From: a phage
Sequence record: PZ256263.1
Strand: one strand, 5' to 3'
DNA: 64,000 nucleotides
In this document: positions 27,698-36,112 of the stretch, piece by piece
Numbering within the stretch: position 1 is the first letter of the stretch
How the letters are laid out: the number at the start of each line of letters is the position of its first letter
Program-made: the position numbers and the translations under genes
Notes under the pieces: generated by a model
Seen by the model: only the letters and a program-made list of their open reading frames with translations
The model's database searches: none
Told to the model about the DNA's origin: nothing

Positions 27698-29011
27698 ATG
27701 ATTGTTATCCCGATTAACCAAATTGAAGATAAGGTTGCTCAACAACCTGATATCTCTGTTGGTCGTCACTTCATTGAACAGTTGATTAACAACAACTTGA
27801 TTCCAGATGGTATCTGTCCCATCATTACTGGTGGGGCTGTTCGTGATGCTGTCCTTAATAACATAGCTCCACATGACATTGATATCTTTATTGTCAGAGG
27901 ACAAACACCAAGAACTCAAAACACTTTCATCCCAACTGATCGTTGGCAAGAGCTTGGACGGGAGATTGAAAGTAATGTGAAGGAATGGCTAGAGTCACAA
28001 GATATTGAATATGCATCACTTCTTGCTGAAGCTACAAACGAATCCTATGCTGGGGGTTCTCAATTAACATTCACTGATATTATTGAGTTTCAGTGGAATG
28101 GGGTTCGTATCCAATTCATGTTTAATTATCCTACTTCTATTGAAGAGGTATTGGATAATTTTCCTATGATGTGCCGTGGTGCGATGACTCTTGACAACTT
28201 ATTCATGACTTCTCACGGATATTTGGCTATGACTTCCCCTTGTCCAGTGGTTGTCTCTAGTCGTGAAATCAGGTATGTTCACAAGAAGTGGCCTAACTCA
28301 CAAGTGTTGAGATTTTCCTCTCCAGCAGTTGCGCATCAATACATGGCCCAAACTCGATATCTTCCCACACCTCAGCCAGTTAGTCATCTAGTCAATGGAT
28401 TAGGTCAGGTTTCTCTTATTGAAGATACAACAAGTGCTCTATATTGTGTTAACCGAGACATGAGTCGATTCTTTGGAATCCCTTATGAAGAGATTCAGAT
28501 TATGTCTAGTCTTCACGGTTCTGGTCAGATTCATGCGTATTGGTCTGAGGGGTTGACAAATTTAACGACTAACACGGGTGGTGATCTGCTTGGTCGAGAA
28601 GAGGAACCTAACCGACACAATGCAATTGAAGGGGTGTTTGTAGCCCCTGCAATGCGTCGAGCACAAGAGTCACGAAGAGAAAGCCCTACTCGTAGAACAT
28701 CTTTTGAAGAAGCTCTTGGTATTACAAGTGATTCTATGGAGCGATGGATGGCTAGACCCTCTCGTGGTCGACCAAACGGCTTAACTGTTAGCGCACGTCA
28801 GTTCTCTGGTCAGGGTTTCGCTGTTGGTGATATCAACGCACCTGTTAGGGCTGTGTGGGCTGATGAAGATATGGAACAGGATTTGGGAGATAGTCTCGCT
28901 GATCAATTTGTTGCCAACAACCCTGAAGTATTAGAACCTCAAACCCGTACAGTTCGGTTTGCCGATGAAGCGGGTCGTGGAATCTCTTTTGAAATAGACG
29001 AAAATAACTAA
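27698..29011 (+). CDS. Pol-beta-superfamily nucleotidyltransferase-like protein (CCA-adding / poly(A) polymerase-like head), 437 aa
   Basis: N-terminal IITGGAVRDAVL ... DIDIFIV resembles the GGAVRD / DxD head motif of class-II tRNA nucleotidyltransferases; the rest is unrecognised. Confidence 0.45.
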   Translation: MIVIPINQIEDKVAQQPDISVGRHFIEQLINNNLIPDGICPIITGGAVRDAVLNNIAPHDIDIFIVRGQTPRTQNTFIPTDRWQELGREIESNVKEWLESQDIEYASLLAEATNESYAGGSQLTFTDIIEFQWNGVRIQFMFNYPTSIEEVLDNFPMMCRGAMTLDNLFMTSHGYLAMTSPCPVVVSSREIRYVHKKWPNSQVLRFSSPAVAHQYMAQTRYLPTPQPVSHLVNGLGQVSLIEDTTSALYCVNRDMSRFFGIPYEEIQIMSSLHGSGQIHAYWSEGLTNLTTNTGGDLLGREEEPNRHNAIEGVFVAPAMRRAQESRRESPTRRTSFEEALGITSDSMERWMARPSRGRPNGLTVSARQFSGQGFAVGDINAPVRAVWADEDMEQDLGDSLADQFVANNPEVLEPQTRTVRFADEAGRGISFEIDENN

Positions 29012-29020
29012 GGAATAAGA

Positions 29021-29554
29021 ATGGGTTTACTAGGAAGTATTGAACTGCACGATGTAATTGACAATGGTTATCTGGGTGCGGAGCATAAATATGTTAACGC
29101 TGCTAGTGTGGATATCCGTATTGGTGATACTATCCTTGTTGAAGAACAGGCTGATGGCATCGTTGATATTGATGCGAAAGAGAATCTTCAGTGGAAGGAA
29201 GTAAAGATTCCTGAAGAAGGTTTGGTTATCACTCCGGGTCAGTTCTTCTTGGCTCACTCTATGGAGGAGTTTAATCTTCCAGATAACATCTCAAGTCTGT
29301 TTGTTCTGCGTTCGTCTATGGCTCGTTGTGGTTTGAACCACCTTCACGCCGGTTGGGCAGATGCAGGATTTAATAGTAGTAAGCTGACATTTGAATTCCA
29401 TAACGTAACCAAGCACCACAGCTTACGAGTTCGTGCTGGTATGCGTGTTGGTCAGATGGTTATGTTTGAGCACTCTCATGCAGGGGAACATTCCTACGCA
29501 GTGAAGGGTCGTTATAATAACTCTGAAGGTGTGGTTGCATCTAAAGGTGTGTAA
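29021..29554 (+). CDS. dcd: dCTP deaminase (dUTPase-superfamily)
   Basis: AASVDIRIG, LRSSMARCGL, DAGF, GMRVGQMVMFE align by eye with Dcd. Confidence 0.75.
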   Translation: MGLLGSIELHDVIDNGYLGAEHKYVNAASVDIRIGDTILVEEQADGIVDIDAKENLQWKEVKIPEEGLVITPGQFFLAHSMEEFNLPDNISSLFVLRSSMARCGLNHLHAGWADAGFNSSKLTFEFHNVTKHHSLRVRAGMRVGQMVMFEHSHAGEHSYAVKGRYNNSEGVVASKGV

Positions 29555-29752
29555 ATGAAAAAGTGGATTGTTCGTGTACATGATAACACGACTGGAGAGT
29601 TAGTAGCTGTAGATTTTGTTAAGACTCGAGAACACGCACGTAGGGTCAAAAATCAATACAAATCTACTTTTAGACTTAATAAGGTTACACTAGGAAAAGC
29701 TATCGTGAATAGTGAAGGTGCTTTTTGTGTTAACAGTAAGGTTTATTATTAA
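29555..29752 (+). CDS. Small paralogous protein, family B member 1 (65 aa)
   Basis: Three tandem 65-69 aa ORFs with shared basic pattern and C-terminal aromatic pair; TAATG start/stop overlaps. Confidence 0.5.
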   Translation: MKKWIVRVHDNTTGELVAVDFVKTREHARRVKNQYKSTFRLNKVTLGKAIVNSEGAFCVNSKVYY

Positions 29753-29961
29753 TGAGACCAATCACCATGAGACAATTTTGGTTAGCAAAGATTAAGTGGG
29801 CATCAGGTGGCATGACTATGACTGCACTACCCACTCGCCAACAAGCTCGAGATTTTAAAAAGACTATGCTTACTGGTGACGTGGTCAACAGTATCAGTAT
29901 CCATAAGGCCAAGGAGTATTCTTCTGGTCGTGTTTATATCAGCGGAAAGGTACATTACTAA
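29752..29961 (+). CDS. Small paralogous protein, family B member 2 (69 aa)
   Basis: Same pattern as 29555-29752; TAATG overlap. Confidence 0.5.
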   Translation: MRPITMRQFWLAKIKWASGGMTMTALPTRQQARDFKKTMLTGDVVNSISIHKAKEYSSGRVYISGKVHY

Positions 29962-30170
29962 TGAAAAAGATGTGGGCTATTCATGTTGTTTGGGATCTTG
30001 AGCAACACACGAGAAAAGATAACATCAAATTGTTTGACACTCGCAAAGAGGCTCGTATTGCTAAGAAACAGTTGAAGACTCTGGGCACAATAGTAAAAAG
30101 CGCTGACATACATCGCTGGTATGAAGACCCTAACACTGGTTCTTTTATGTCTAAAGTAATTTACTACTGA
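29961..30170 (+). CDS. Small paralogous protein, family B member 3 (69 aa)
   Basis: Same pattern; TAATG overlap. Confidence 0.5.
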   Translation: MKKMWAIHVVWDLEQHTRKDNIKLFDTRKEARIAKKQLKTLGTIVKSADIHRWYEDPNTGSFMSKVIYY

Positions 30171-30194
30171 TTGGTAGTAGATATGATAACTCTC

Positions 30195-30203
30195 AAATGT
30201 ATA
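30195..30203 (+). promoter_or_regulatory. AAATGTATA motif (candidate phage-sigma promoter)
   Basis: Near-consensus motif 40 nt upstream of the ATG at 30243. Confidence 0.35.
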
Positions 30204-30242
30204 TAGAGTACAATAAGAATTTGTATTTTACAGGAGAGAGTT

Positions 30243-30569
30243 ATGTTAGATTTGAGTAAAGTGGCCCCGCCCACTGAAGAGATTACAAAATCCAAGGTGA
30301 TGCAACAGTTTTATCATCGTGATATGCTTGGTCGCTTTATCAAGAATCGTGATGTTGTTGCTTGGTCTATTGGTAATCAGGGATATCTGTTGAAGGTTCT
30401 TCAGGTTACAGGTTCAACTGCTAAGCGGGTTAAGGTGTATGACCCTGAAATGGGGCGTTCTAAGTCAGTAGACCCACAGAACTGCATCGTAATTACCCAG
30501 CAGGTGATAGCAAATCTAGAAAGAAATGTAGCAAACTCTACTGAGTTAGAAGGAGAAGACCCTAAGTGA
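30243..30569 (+). CDS. Hypothetical protein (108 aa)
   Basis: GGAGAGAG RBS. Confidence 0.5.
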   Translation: MLDLSKVAPPTEEITKSKVMQQFYHRDMLGRFIKNRDVVAWSIGNQGYLLKVLQVTGSTAKRVKVYDPEMGRSKSVDPQNCIVITQQVIANLERNVANSTELEGEDPK

Positions 30570-31060
30570 TTCCAAAGGAATTGGAAGGGAAGATTGATGT
30601 AACAGAAGATGGTAGAGTATTTACTATAAAGAGTGGAAGGTTTTTAACCCTCCACACTAATGGTGCCTATTACAGAGTTACTATTTACTTTCCTGAAGGA
30701 TTAAAGAATTTCTATGTCCACAGGCTGGTTGCTAGTAAGTACATACCGAACCCTGATAATCTTCCATGTGTCAACCATAAGGATGGCAATAAACTCAACA
30801 ATCATAAAGATAATCTTGAATGGTGTACCCACCGAGAAAACTCTCAACATGCATCATCATTAGGTCTGATGGTACAGAGGTTTGGAGAAGACAATCCACA
30901 GTCTAAACTTACTCTAGAAGATGTAGAGTACTGTAGGAGAGTTTATATCCCTCGAGATAAAGAGTTTGGAGGCTCTGCCCTTGCAAGACGTTTTGGTGTC
31001 TCTCAGCAAGTGATATCAAAAGTTCTACTTAATCAAACTTGGAGGGAATATAATGCATAA
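30566..31060 (+). CDS. HNH homing endonuclease (164 aa)
   Basis: NHKDGNKLNNHKDNLEWCTHRENSQHA HNH signature plus C-terminal HTH-like region. Confidence 0.8.
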   Translation: MIPKELEGKIDVTEDGRVFTIKSGRFLTLHTNGAYYRVTIYFPEGLKNFYVHRLVASKYIPNPDNLPCVNHKDGNKLNNHKDNLEWCTHRENSQHASSLGLMVQRFGEDNPQSKLTLEDVEYCRRVYIPRDKEFGGSALARRFGVSQQVISKVLLNQTWREYNA

Positions 31061-31616
31061 GAATGTCTTTGATTTACCTGAGATTGGTCGTGTCGAATAC
31101 AATATGTTAGACCGATCTGAGCTTTCAATCTCTCGTCTTGAAACGATGCAGGGTATGATTAGCGGAAACAGCCTAGAACACATCCTGAGCTGCTTACAAG
31201 CTAACATGGAACTCTTGCATATCAAAGCTAAAAACTACCACTGGAACGTCTCTGGTGCAGGATTTCAGGGTGTTCATGGTATGTTTGATGAGCTGGAAGA
31301 TTACGCACGACAGGTAGGAGATCGTATTGCTGAACGTATGCGTTACCACTGTGTTAAAGTGGATGCTACAGCAGCTAACTACCTCTCTCATGCTTGGTTC
31401 TCAGAGGGTAATGCTGATCTGGACATGGACGGTATGCTCTCTGATATGTGCATGACCTTGATGTGTATTATTGAGAAGATGGATGAGTTTGATGGTGATT
31501 TAGCCACCTACCCTGTCGATCAGAGTATGCTTCAAGAAATTAATGAAGGTCTTGGCAAGTATTGCTACTTCGTCAAGAGCAACATGTCCCATTCAAGTGG
31601 TGACGTGTCTTACTAA
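31053..31616 (+). CDS. Dps-like ferritin-fold protein (187 aa)
   Basis: HIKAKNYHWNVSGAGFQGVHGMFDELEDYARQVGDRIAERM matches the Dps ferroxidase-centre signature by eye. Confidence 0.65.
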   Translation: MHKNVFDLPEIGRVEYNMLDRSELSISRLETMQGMISGNSLEHILSCLQANMELLHIKAKNYHWNVSGAGFQGVHGMFDELEDYARQVGDRIAERMRYHCVKVDATAANYLSHAWFSEGNADLDMDGMLSDMCMTLMCIIEKMDEFDGDLATYPVDQSMLQEINEGLGKYCYFVKSNMSHSSGDVSY

Positions 31617-31677
31617 AAACCTCCGCCCTGTCTCCTAACCCGAGGTGGGGCGAACTTATTTATAAGGATATAGATAT

Positions 31678-31857
31678 ATGTTATCAGCAATCGTATGGGG
31701 TATTTGGGCTATCTTTATTGGTGGTGGTATTTATTGGGCTTCTGGTAAGCTTATTGAAGAAACTCCTGATAAGAAAGGTGAGATTCAAACAGCATCAACT
31801 ATCATGGTTATCGTAGCTGTTGTTATCCCATTCCTGCTTCACCTCCTGACTGCATAA
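31678..31857 (+). CDS. Small two-TM membrane protein (59 aa)
   Basis: Two hydrophobic helices (AIVWGIWAIFIGGGIYWA; IMVIVAVVIPFLLHLL). Confidence 0.4.
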   Translation: MLSAIVWGIWAIFIGGGIYWASGKLIEETPDKKGEIQTASTIMVIVAVVIPFLLHLLTA

Positions 31858-31865
31858 GGATTTAC

Positions 31866-32141
31866 ATGTCTAAAGTAATTAAGTTTTATAGTGATCAGTG
31901 TGCTCCATGTAAAGCAATGGCTCCTACCTTTGAGAAGGTTGTTAAGGAGTTTGATGTAGAAGTGGAAGAGATTAACATCCTTGAAGGTGATGGTCGTGAA
32001 CAAGCTGTTAAGTATGGTGTACGAAGTATCCCTGCTTTCGTTGTGCCTGACCGTAACAGTGGTGCACACTACAGCCTCTCCGGTATGCAGACTGAAGCAA
32101 ACCTGAAAGCATTTTTGGACACAGCCCTGAGAAATAAGTAA
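31866..32141 (+). CDS. Thioredoxin-fold protein (CAPC active site), 91 aa
   Basis: FYSDQCAPCKAMAP active-site region and thioredoxin-like length. Confidence 0.7.
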   Translation: MSKVIKFYSDQCAPCKAMAPTFEKVVKEFDVEVEEINILEGDGREQAVKYGVRSIPAFVVPDRNSGAHYSLSGMQTEANLKAFLDTALRNK

Positions 32142-32156
32142 TAAGGATATTCACGG

Positions 32157-32813
32157 ATGAATGAACAACTACAAGCAACATTAATTGAAGCTATGGGAAG
32201 TGATCGTAGCGTAGTAAACGCAGCTCGAGTTTCCTTTGGCGTAACCCGTGAAGGTGATTTAAATGAACGTGATGAACGTCTCATCAACTTTCTCGCAAGA
32301 GAGAAGCATGTTACCCCATTCCGACACCCGCAAGTCAGTTTCCGATGCAAAGCACCTATTGCAATTGCGAGACAGTTGGGCAAGCATCAGGTTGGATTCT
32401 CGTGGAACGAAATGTCCCGGCGGTATAAAGATGGAGCAGTTGAAGTCTTCATCCCTAAAGAGATTTTTGCGAGACCTTCGGACCTCCATGCAGGTTCAGG
32501 GGTTCAACTCATCGACGGAGAGCGAGCTGAAGCATTAATGCTGATTAACGATTCATATGAAGCTTCTCTAGCAGCATATGACAAGTTGATTGAATTTATT
32601 GCACCAGAGCAAGCTCGATTTGTTCTTCCTCAGGGGATGATCACTGAGTGGGTGTGGACCGGTTCTTTGTATGGCTGGTTTGAGTTGTGTCGTCAGCGAC
32701 TCTCCTCTCACGCTCAATATGAAGTTCGAGTGTTTGCTAAATCTCTAGATGAAGAGATGGCTAAGCTCTACCCAATCTCGTGGGCAGCTCTGAAGAAAAC
32801 TTTGGAGAGTTAA
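32157..32813 (+). CDS. thyX: Flavin-dependent thymidylate synthase (ThyX-like)
   Basis: FRHPQVSF ... GFSWNEMSRRY resembles the ThyX RHR...S.RY signature; by eye. Confidence 0.65.
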   Translation: MNEQLQATLIEAMGSDRSVVNAARVSFGVTREGDLNERDERLINFLAREKHVTPFRHPQVSFRCKAPIAIARQLGKHQVGFSWNEMSRRYKDGAVEVFIPKEIFARPSDLHAGSGVQLIDGERAEALMLINDSYEASLAAYDKLIEFIAPEQARFVLPQGMITEWVWTGSLYGWFELCRQRLSSHAQYEVRVFAKSLDEEMAKLYPISWAALKKTLES

Positions 32814-32829
32814 TATCAGAGGCTTTCTG

Positions 32830-33063
32830 ATGAAAATCAAACATATTACAGATATTCAGGAGGCATTTAGAATGCTTCCTCGAAGAGAGAAGGATAAGAT
32901 TAAAAAGCTTATTCAAGTTTATGGTCATACATCTAAAGATGATGTAGACTATATGCCTTCTACTTTCGTAGAGTGTGGGATTGCTCGCGGTTTCACATTC
33001 GACCATAAAGTGTTTCAGCAATTCGTTGACCACTGGAGAAAAGATGGAAAAGAAAGTCTGTAG
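32830..33063 (+). CDS. Hypothetical protein (77 aa)
   Basis: ORF with RBS-like sequence. Confidence 0.45.
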   Translation: MKIKHITDIQEAFRMLPRREKDKIKKLIQVYGHTSKDDVDYMPSTFVECGIARGFTFDHKVFQQFVDHWRKDGKESL

Positions 33064-33229
33064 CTTCTGTAAGAAAGAGAAGCCTATCATCAATTTTAAG
33101 CCCAATCCTGTGACTGGTTTGTCTCATGTTATGTGCCACTCCTGTAGGACATACCTTGAAATAAAACACACTATCAATAGGTTGCATTATTATCACCCAA
33201 CAACATTCAAATTTAAGGTTGTGAAATGA
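33044..33229 (+). CDS. Small zinc-ribbon protein (61 aa)
   Basis: GGAGAAAAG RBS; CSFCKK ... CHSCRT. Confidence 0.45.
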   Translation: MEKKVCSFCKKEKPIINFKPNPVTGLSHVMCHSCRTYLEIKHTINRLHYYHPTTFKFKVVK

Positions 33230-33429
33230 AAACTTTGTGGACTCTTGACTGCCAAGACGATGACGGAGAGCGTTGGACTTGGAAATATTTCCTAGGGAAA
33301 CCGACACCTGATAACCCTGCTTTGGATTGTGCTTCATATGAAGACGCCAAGAAATTGGTAAACGGAGAGAAAGTTTGGTCTCCGGATAATGAAGTTATGT
33401 ACTTTTTAACAGAACGGAAATTTTCATAA
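33226..33429 (+). CDS. Hypothetical protein (67 aa)
   Basis: ATGA overlap. Confidence 0.45.
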   Translation: MKTLWTLDCQDDDGERWTWKYFLGKPTPDNPALDCASYEDAKKLVNGEKVWSPDNEVMYFLTERKFS

Positions 33430-33758
33430 TGATCGATGGTAATACATTTAGGACTTCAAATGGAAGTGAAATAAGTCCCGCTGAAGTAATCAATCGGCAT
33501 AGAAGGCAATTGATCATCCATTCCTATTTGTATTACTGGTTGGATGACCCTATCTGGTCTGATGATAAATGGCAACAAGTTGCTAATGATTTGGTTGAGT
33601 TGCAAGCCTTATATCAAGAGCCTACCGGAGTCTTTGACAATGAGTTCAAAGATTGGGATGGTTCTACAGGAATGCATCTCCCACACAACGAGGCTGTTGC
33701 TTGTATGGCGACAGCTGTTTACAGGATTCATAAAGATATGAACCATGAAGTGCTCTAA
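33429..33758 (+). CDS. Hypothetical protein (109 aa)
   Basis: TAATG overlap. Confidence 0.5.
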   Translation: MIDGNTFRTSNGSEISPAEVINRHRRQLIIHSYLYYWLDDPIWSDDKWQQVANDLVELQALYQEPTGVFDNEFKDWDGSTGMHLPHNEAVACMATAVYRIHKDMNHEVL

Positions 33759-33930
33759 ATGTGAAGGAACAAACCTTCATTTAAGTAATAAGGTTATCAG
33801 AGAGCTTGCCAAAGGCTCTCCAACCAAAGGGAAGAACAAACGATTTACTAACGTCAGGGTTTATACAGCAATCTGTAAAGACTGCTTAACTACTGAGTGT
33901 CATTACGAAGAAATTGGAGAGCGTAAATGA
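33745..33930 (+). CDS. Small zinc-ribbon protein (61 aa)
   Basis: CSKCEG ... CKDCLTTEC. Confidence 0.45.
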   Translation: MKCSKCEGTNLHLSNKVIRELAKGSPTKGKNKRFTNVRVYTAICKDCLTTECHYEEIGERK

Positions 33931-34664
33931 GTCGTCGTCAATCACGGAAAGAATCACGGAAAGACCTTCGTCGGGAAGCACTTGTCACTCGTAAGGGTAA
34001 GCGAGAGTTTGAAGAGGTGGTTTTAGCAAAGCCTGTAGTCCCTCAGAACCAGTTTCAGTCTGAGCTACTCAATGCTATTAAGACTAAACAAGTTGTGTTC
34101 ACAGACGCTCCTGCGGGCTGTGGTAAGACCTTTGTAATCACTTCCACAGTTATTGATGCACTGAAGAGTGGTAAGATTCAGAAGATCATTCTGAGTCGTC
34201 CTTCAGTTGGTATGGGCAATTCTCTTGGGTTGCTTCCGGGAGGGATGCGTGAGAAGTTTGAACCTTACCTGATGCCTATCATTGATGTTATTACTCAGCG
34301 ATATGGTAAGGGGTTCTATGAATGCCAGCTCGGTAACAGTAACATTGAGTTCGTACCTCTGGAATATCTCCGTGGTCGTTCTTTCAATGATGCTATTGTT
34401 ATTGTTGATGAGTTCCAGAACACAACTAAAGATGAAGCCTTCTCAATCATGACTCGATTGGGAGAAACCTCTCAGCTGTTCTGCATGGGTGATACTAACC
34501 AGCATGATATGCGTGGTCGTGAGAGTGGTCTTACTTGGGCTACTAACTTTATTGATGAACATGATCTGTATGAGTTCGCTGAGATTGTAGACGGAGAATC
34601 AGATGACATTGTTCGTTCTGGTTTTTGTAAGGCGATTGTTAAAGCAATGGAAAAGAAAGCTTAA
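33927..34664 (+). CDS. phoH: PhoH-like P-loop ATPase (245 aa)
   Basis: Walker A DAPAGCGKTF, Walker B IVIVDEFQN and overall PhoH-like layout. Confidence 0.75.
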   Translation: MSRRQSRKESRKDLRREALVTRKGKREFEEVVLAKPVVPQNQFQSELLNAIKTKQVVFTDAPAGCGKTFVITSTVIDALKSGKIQKIILSRPSVGMGNSLGLLPGGMREKFEPYLMPIIDVITQRYGKGFYECQLGNSNIEFVPLEYLRGRSFNDAIVIVDEFQNTTKDEAFSIMTRLGETSQLFCMGDTNQHDMRGRESGLTWATNFIDEHDLYEFAEIVDGESDDIVRSGFCKAIVKAMEKKA

Positions 34665-34675
34665 ATAGTAACTTA

Positions 34676-34698
34676 TAATGTATACTCCTTAATGTACA
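34676..34698 (+). promoter_or_regulatory. Tandem TAATGTATA / TAATGTACA motifs (candidate phage-sigma promoters)
   Basis: Exact consensus at 34676-34684 and a near copy at 34690-34698, 37 nt upstream of an AAGGAG RBS and the ATG at 34721. Confidence 0.4.
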
Positions 34699-34720
34699 CT
34701 GATATATTAAGGAGTTTTAA

Positions 34721-35035
34721 ATGGCAGACCATGTAGGAAAGAGAGATTATGCACAAGAAAGACGTACCGCAATTGCCCGTGGTGAGACAGGCGTTGGGAG
34801 CAAGAGCGGAGATGCTCAGCGCCACCGTGCACGTCGCATCGTTGAAAAGCGCGATGGAAAAGCTGCTGTCAGAGGTAAAGATGTTGGACACAAACGAGCT
34901 GTCAAGTCTGGAGGCTCTAATGCGTCAAGCAACTTACGTGTTGAATCAGTCAGCTCAAACCGTTCAAACGGCGGCAAAAGTGGTGATCGAGCTGGAAAAG
35001 CAGCTGGAGCACGCAAAGGAGCTTTAAGCTCATAA
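34721..35035 (+). CDS. Highly basic Gly/Ser/Arg/Lys-rich protein (104 aa), likely abundant
   Basis: Consensus AAGGAG RBS at ideal spacing; third-position A/T bias matches other genes, unlike the G-rich third positions of overlapping ORF 34749-35027. Confidence 0.5.
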   Translation: MADHVGKRDYAQERRTAIARGETGVGSKSGDAQRHRARRIVEKRDGKAAVRGKDVGHKRAVKSGGSNASSNLRVESVSSNRSNGGKSGDRAGKAAGARKGALSS

Positions 35036-35045
35036 AGAGGTTATA

Positions 35046-35339
35046 GTGTCAGCAGAAACAAAAAGATGTACAATTCACACTTATTGTAAATTCTGTAAAG
35101 CAGAGGGTGTAAAAAGAGTTGCAACTTTAATGACCAAGTATTCTCCAAGTAGAGGATACAGGGACCACTATAAGCACTACTCTTGTAGTGATCACTCCCA
35201 TCTATTAGAAGATACAGACCCGAATAGAACAAGGAGAGAGCATAACATCGATCTGAGAGCTACTCTCAAGGAAATGAAAAATAACTCTCGGAACAACCAT
35301 TACACTGAAGCTGACTATCAAACTTGGCTTCGTCTCTAG
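35046..35339 (+). CDS. Hypothetical Cys/His-rich protein (97 aa)
   Basis: GTG start after AAAGAGG; CxxC ... C.DH.H. Confidence 0.45.
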   Translation: MSAETKRCTIHTYCKFCKAEGVKRVATLMTKYSPSRGYRDHYKHYSCSDHSHLLEDTDPNRTRREHNIDLRATLKEMKNNSRNNHYTEADYQTWLRL

Positions 35340-35344
35340 AACAA

Positions 35345-35379
35345 AGGCTGCCTAATCAGGTGGCCTTTTCTTTTTTATA
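35345..35379 (+). terminator. Rho-independent terminator
   Basis: AGGCTGCC-taatca-GGTGGCCT stem (two G-U pairs) followed by TTTTCTTTTTTAT. Confidence 0.55.
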
Positions 35380-35408
35380 AACCAAATTAAACTTCTTAGG
35401 TAATAAAT

Positions 35409-35663
35409 ATGTCTATTGTAAAAATCGTAAATATCATTGATGTAACTCGTACCGGTAAGACTATCAGTTGGAAATTCACCAATAAGCATAGAGGTTCAGA
35501 GAACATCATTCGTTATATGATTCAACAAAACCCAAATACAGCTCGCACTAACGTACTCCTTCGAGGAGCTGATGGAAAATTTATTTCTTATAAGAATAAG
35601 AACGTAGAAAAATCTTTCCGTGTTGCAGTAGAAAACCTCATCCCATTCCCTAAAGGAGTTTAA
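35409..35663 (+). CDS. Small paralogous protein, family C member 1 (84 aa)
   Basis: Shares TARTNVLLRGADGKFISYK ... ENLIPFPKG with 35665-35949. Confidence 0.5.
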   Translation: MSIVKIVNIIDVTRTGKTISWKFTNKHRGSENIIRYMIQQNPNTARTNVLLRGADGKFISYKNKNVEKSFRVAVENLIPFPKGV

Positions 35664-35664
35664 T

Positions 35665-35949
35665 ATGAATAAGTTAGCTATGGTTCAGATTCGAGACACA
35701 TACCCTAATCGCCCAGAACAGAAACCACGTACTTGGTCTTACCTACTAGCTGAGAGTAAGACTATTGACAACTTCTCTGTAGGGATTGATACTATCCCGA
35801 CCAGTATCACTTTGCTTCCTCACAAAACAGCCAGAACTCATGTGATGTTACGAGACAGCAAAGGTAAATTTATCTCTTATCGTGATTCACGAATCAATAA
35901 TGAGATTAAATCTGCTATGGAATTTTTGATGCCATTCCCAAGAGGTTGA
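35665..35949 (+). CDS. Small paralogous protein, family C member 2 (94 aa)
   Basis: TARTHVMLRDSKGKFISYR ... EFLMPFPRG. Confidence 0.5.
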   Translation: MNKLAMVQIRDTYPNRPEQKPRTWSYLLAESKTIDNFSVGIDTIPTSITLLPHKTARTHVMLRDSKGKFISYRDSRINNEIKSAMEFLMPFPRG

Positions 35950-35952
35950 GCG

Positions 35953-36111
35953 ATGAAAGAATACATTTATGTAGGACAGCGCTGGTTCGGTGATGAATGG
36001 GAAGGTGGATATAGCGTTGTGAAAGCTTTTAAGTCTGAGGAAGATGCCAAGGCATGGGTCTTAAAAGATGACGTTGGCGAGAGAACTTATATTGAAGTCG
36101 AGGTAGAGTAG
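35953..36111 (+). CDS. Small acidic protein (52 aa)
   Basis: ATG 3 nt after the upstream stop; below the ORF-track cutoff. Confidence 0.35.
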   Translation: MKEYIYVGQRWFGDEWEGGYSVVKAFKSEEDAKAWVLKDDVGERTYIEVEVE

Positions 36112-36112
36112 G

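Noticed and set aside
34749-35027. 92-aa ORF overlapping the basic-protein gene in another frame
   Set aside because: Third codon positions are strongly G/C-rich, unlike the A/T-biased third positions of confident genes here; the 34721 frame has the better RBS. Dual coding not excluded but not called.
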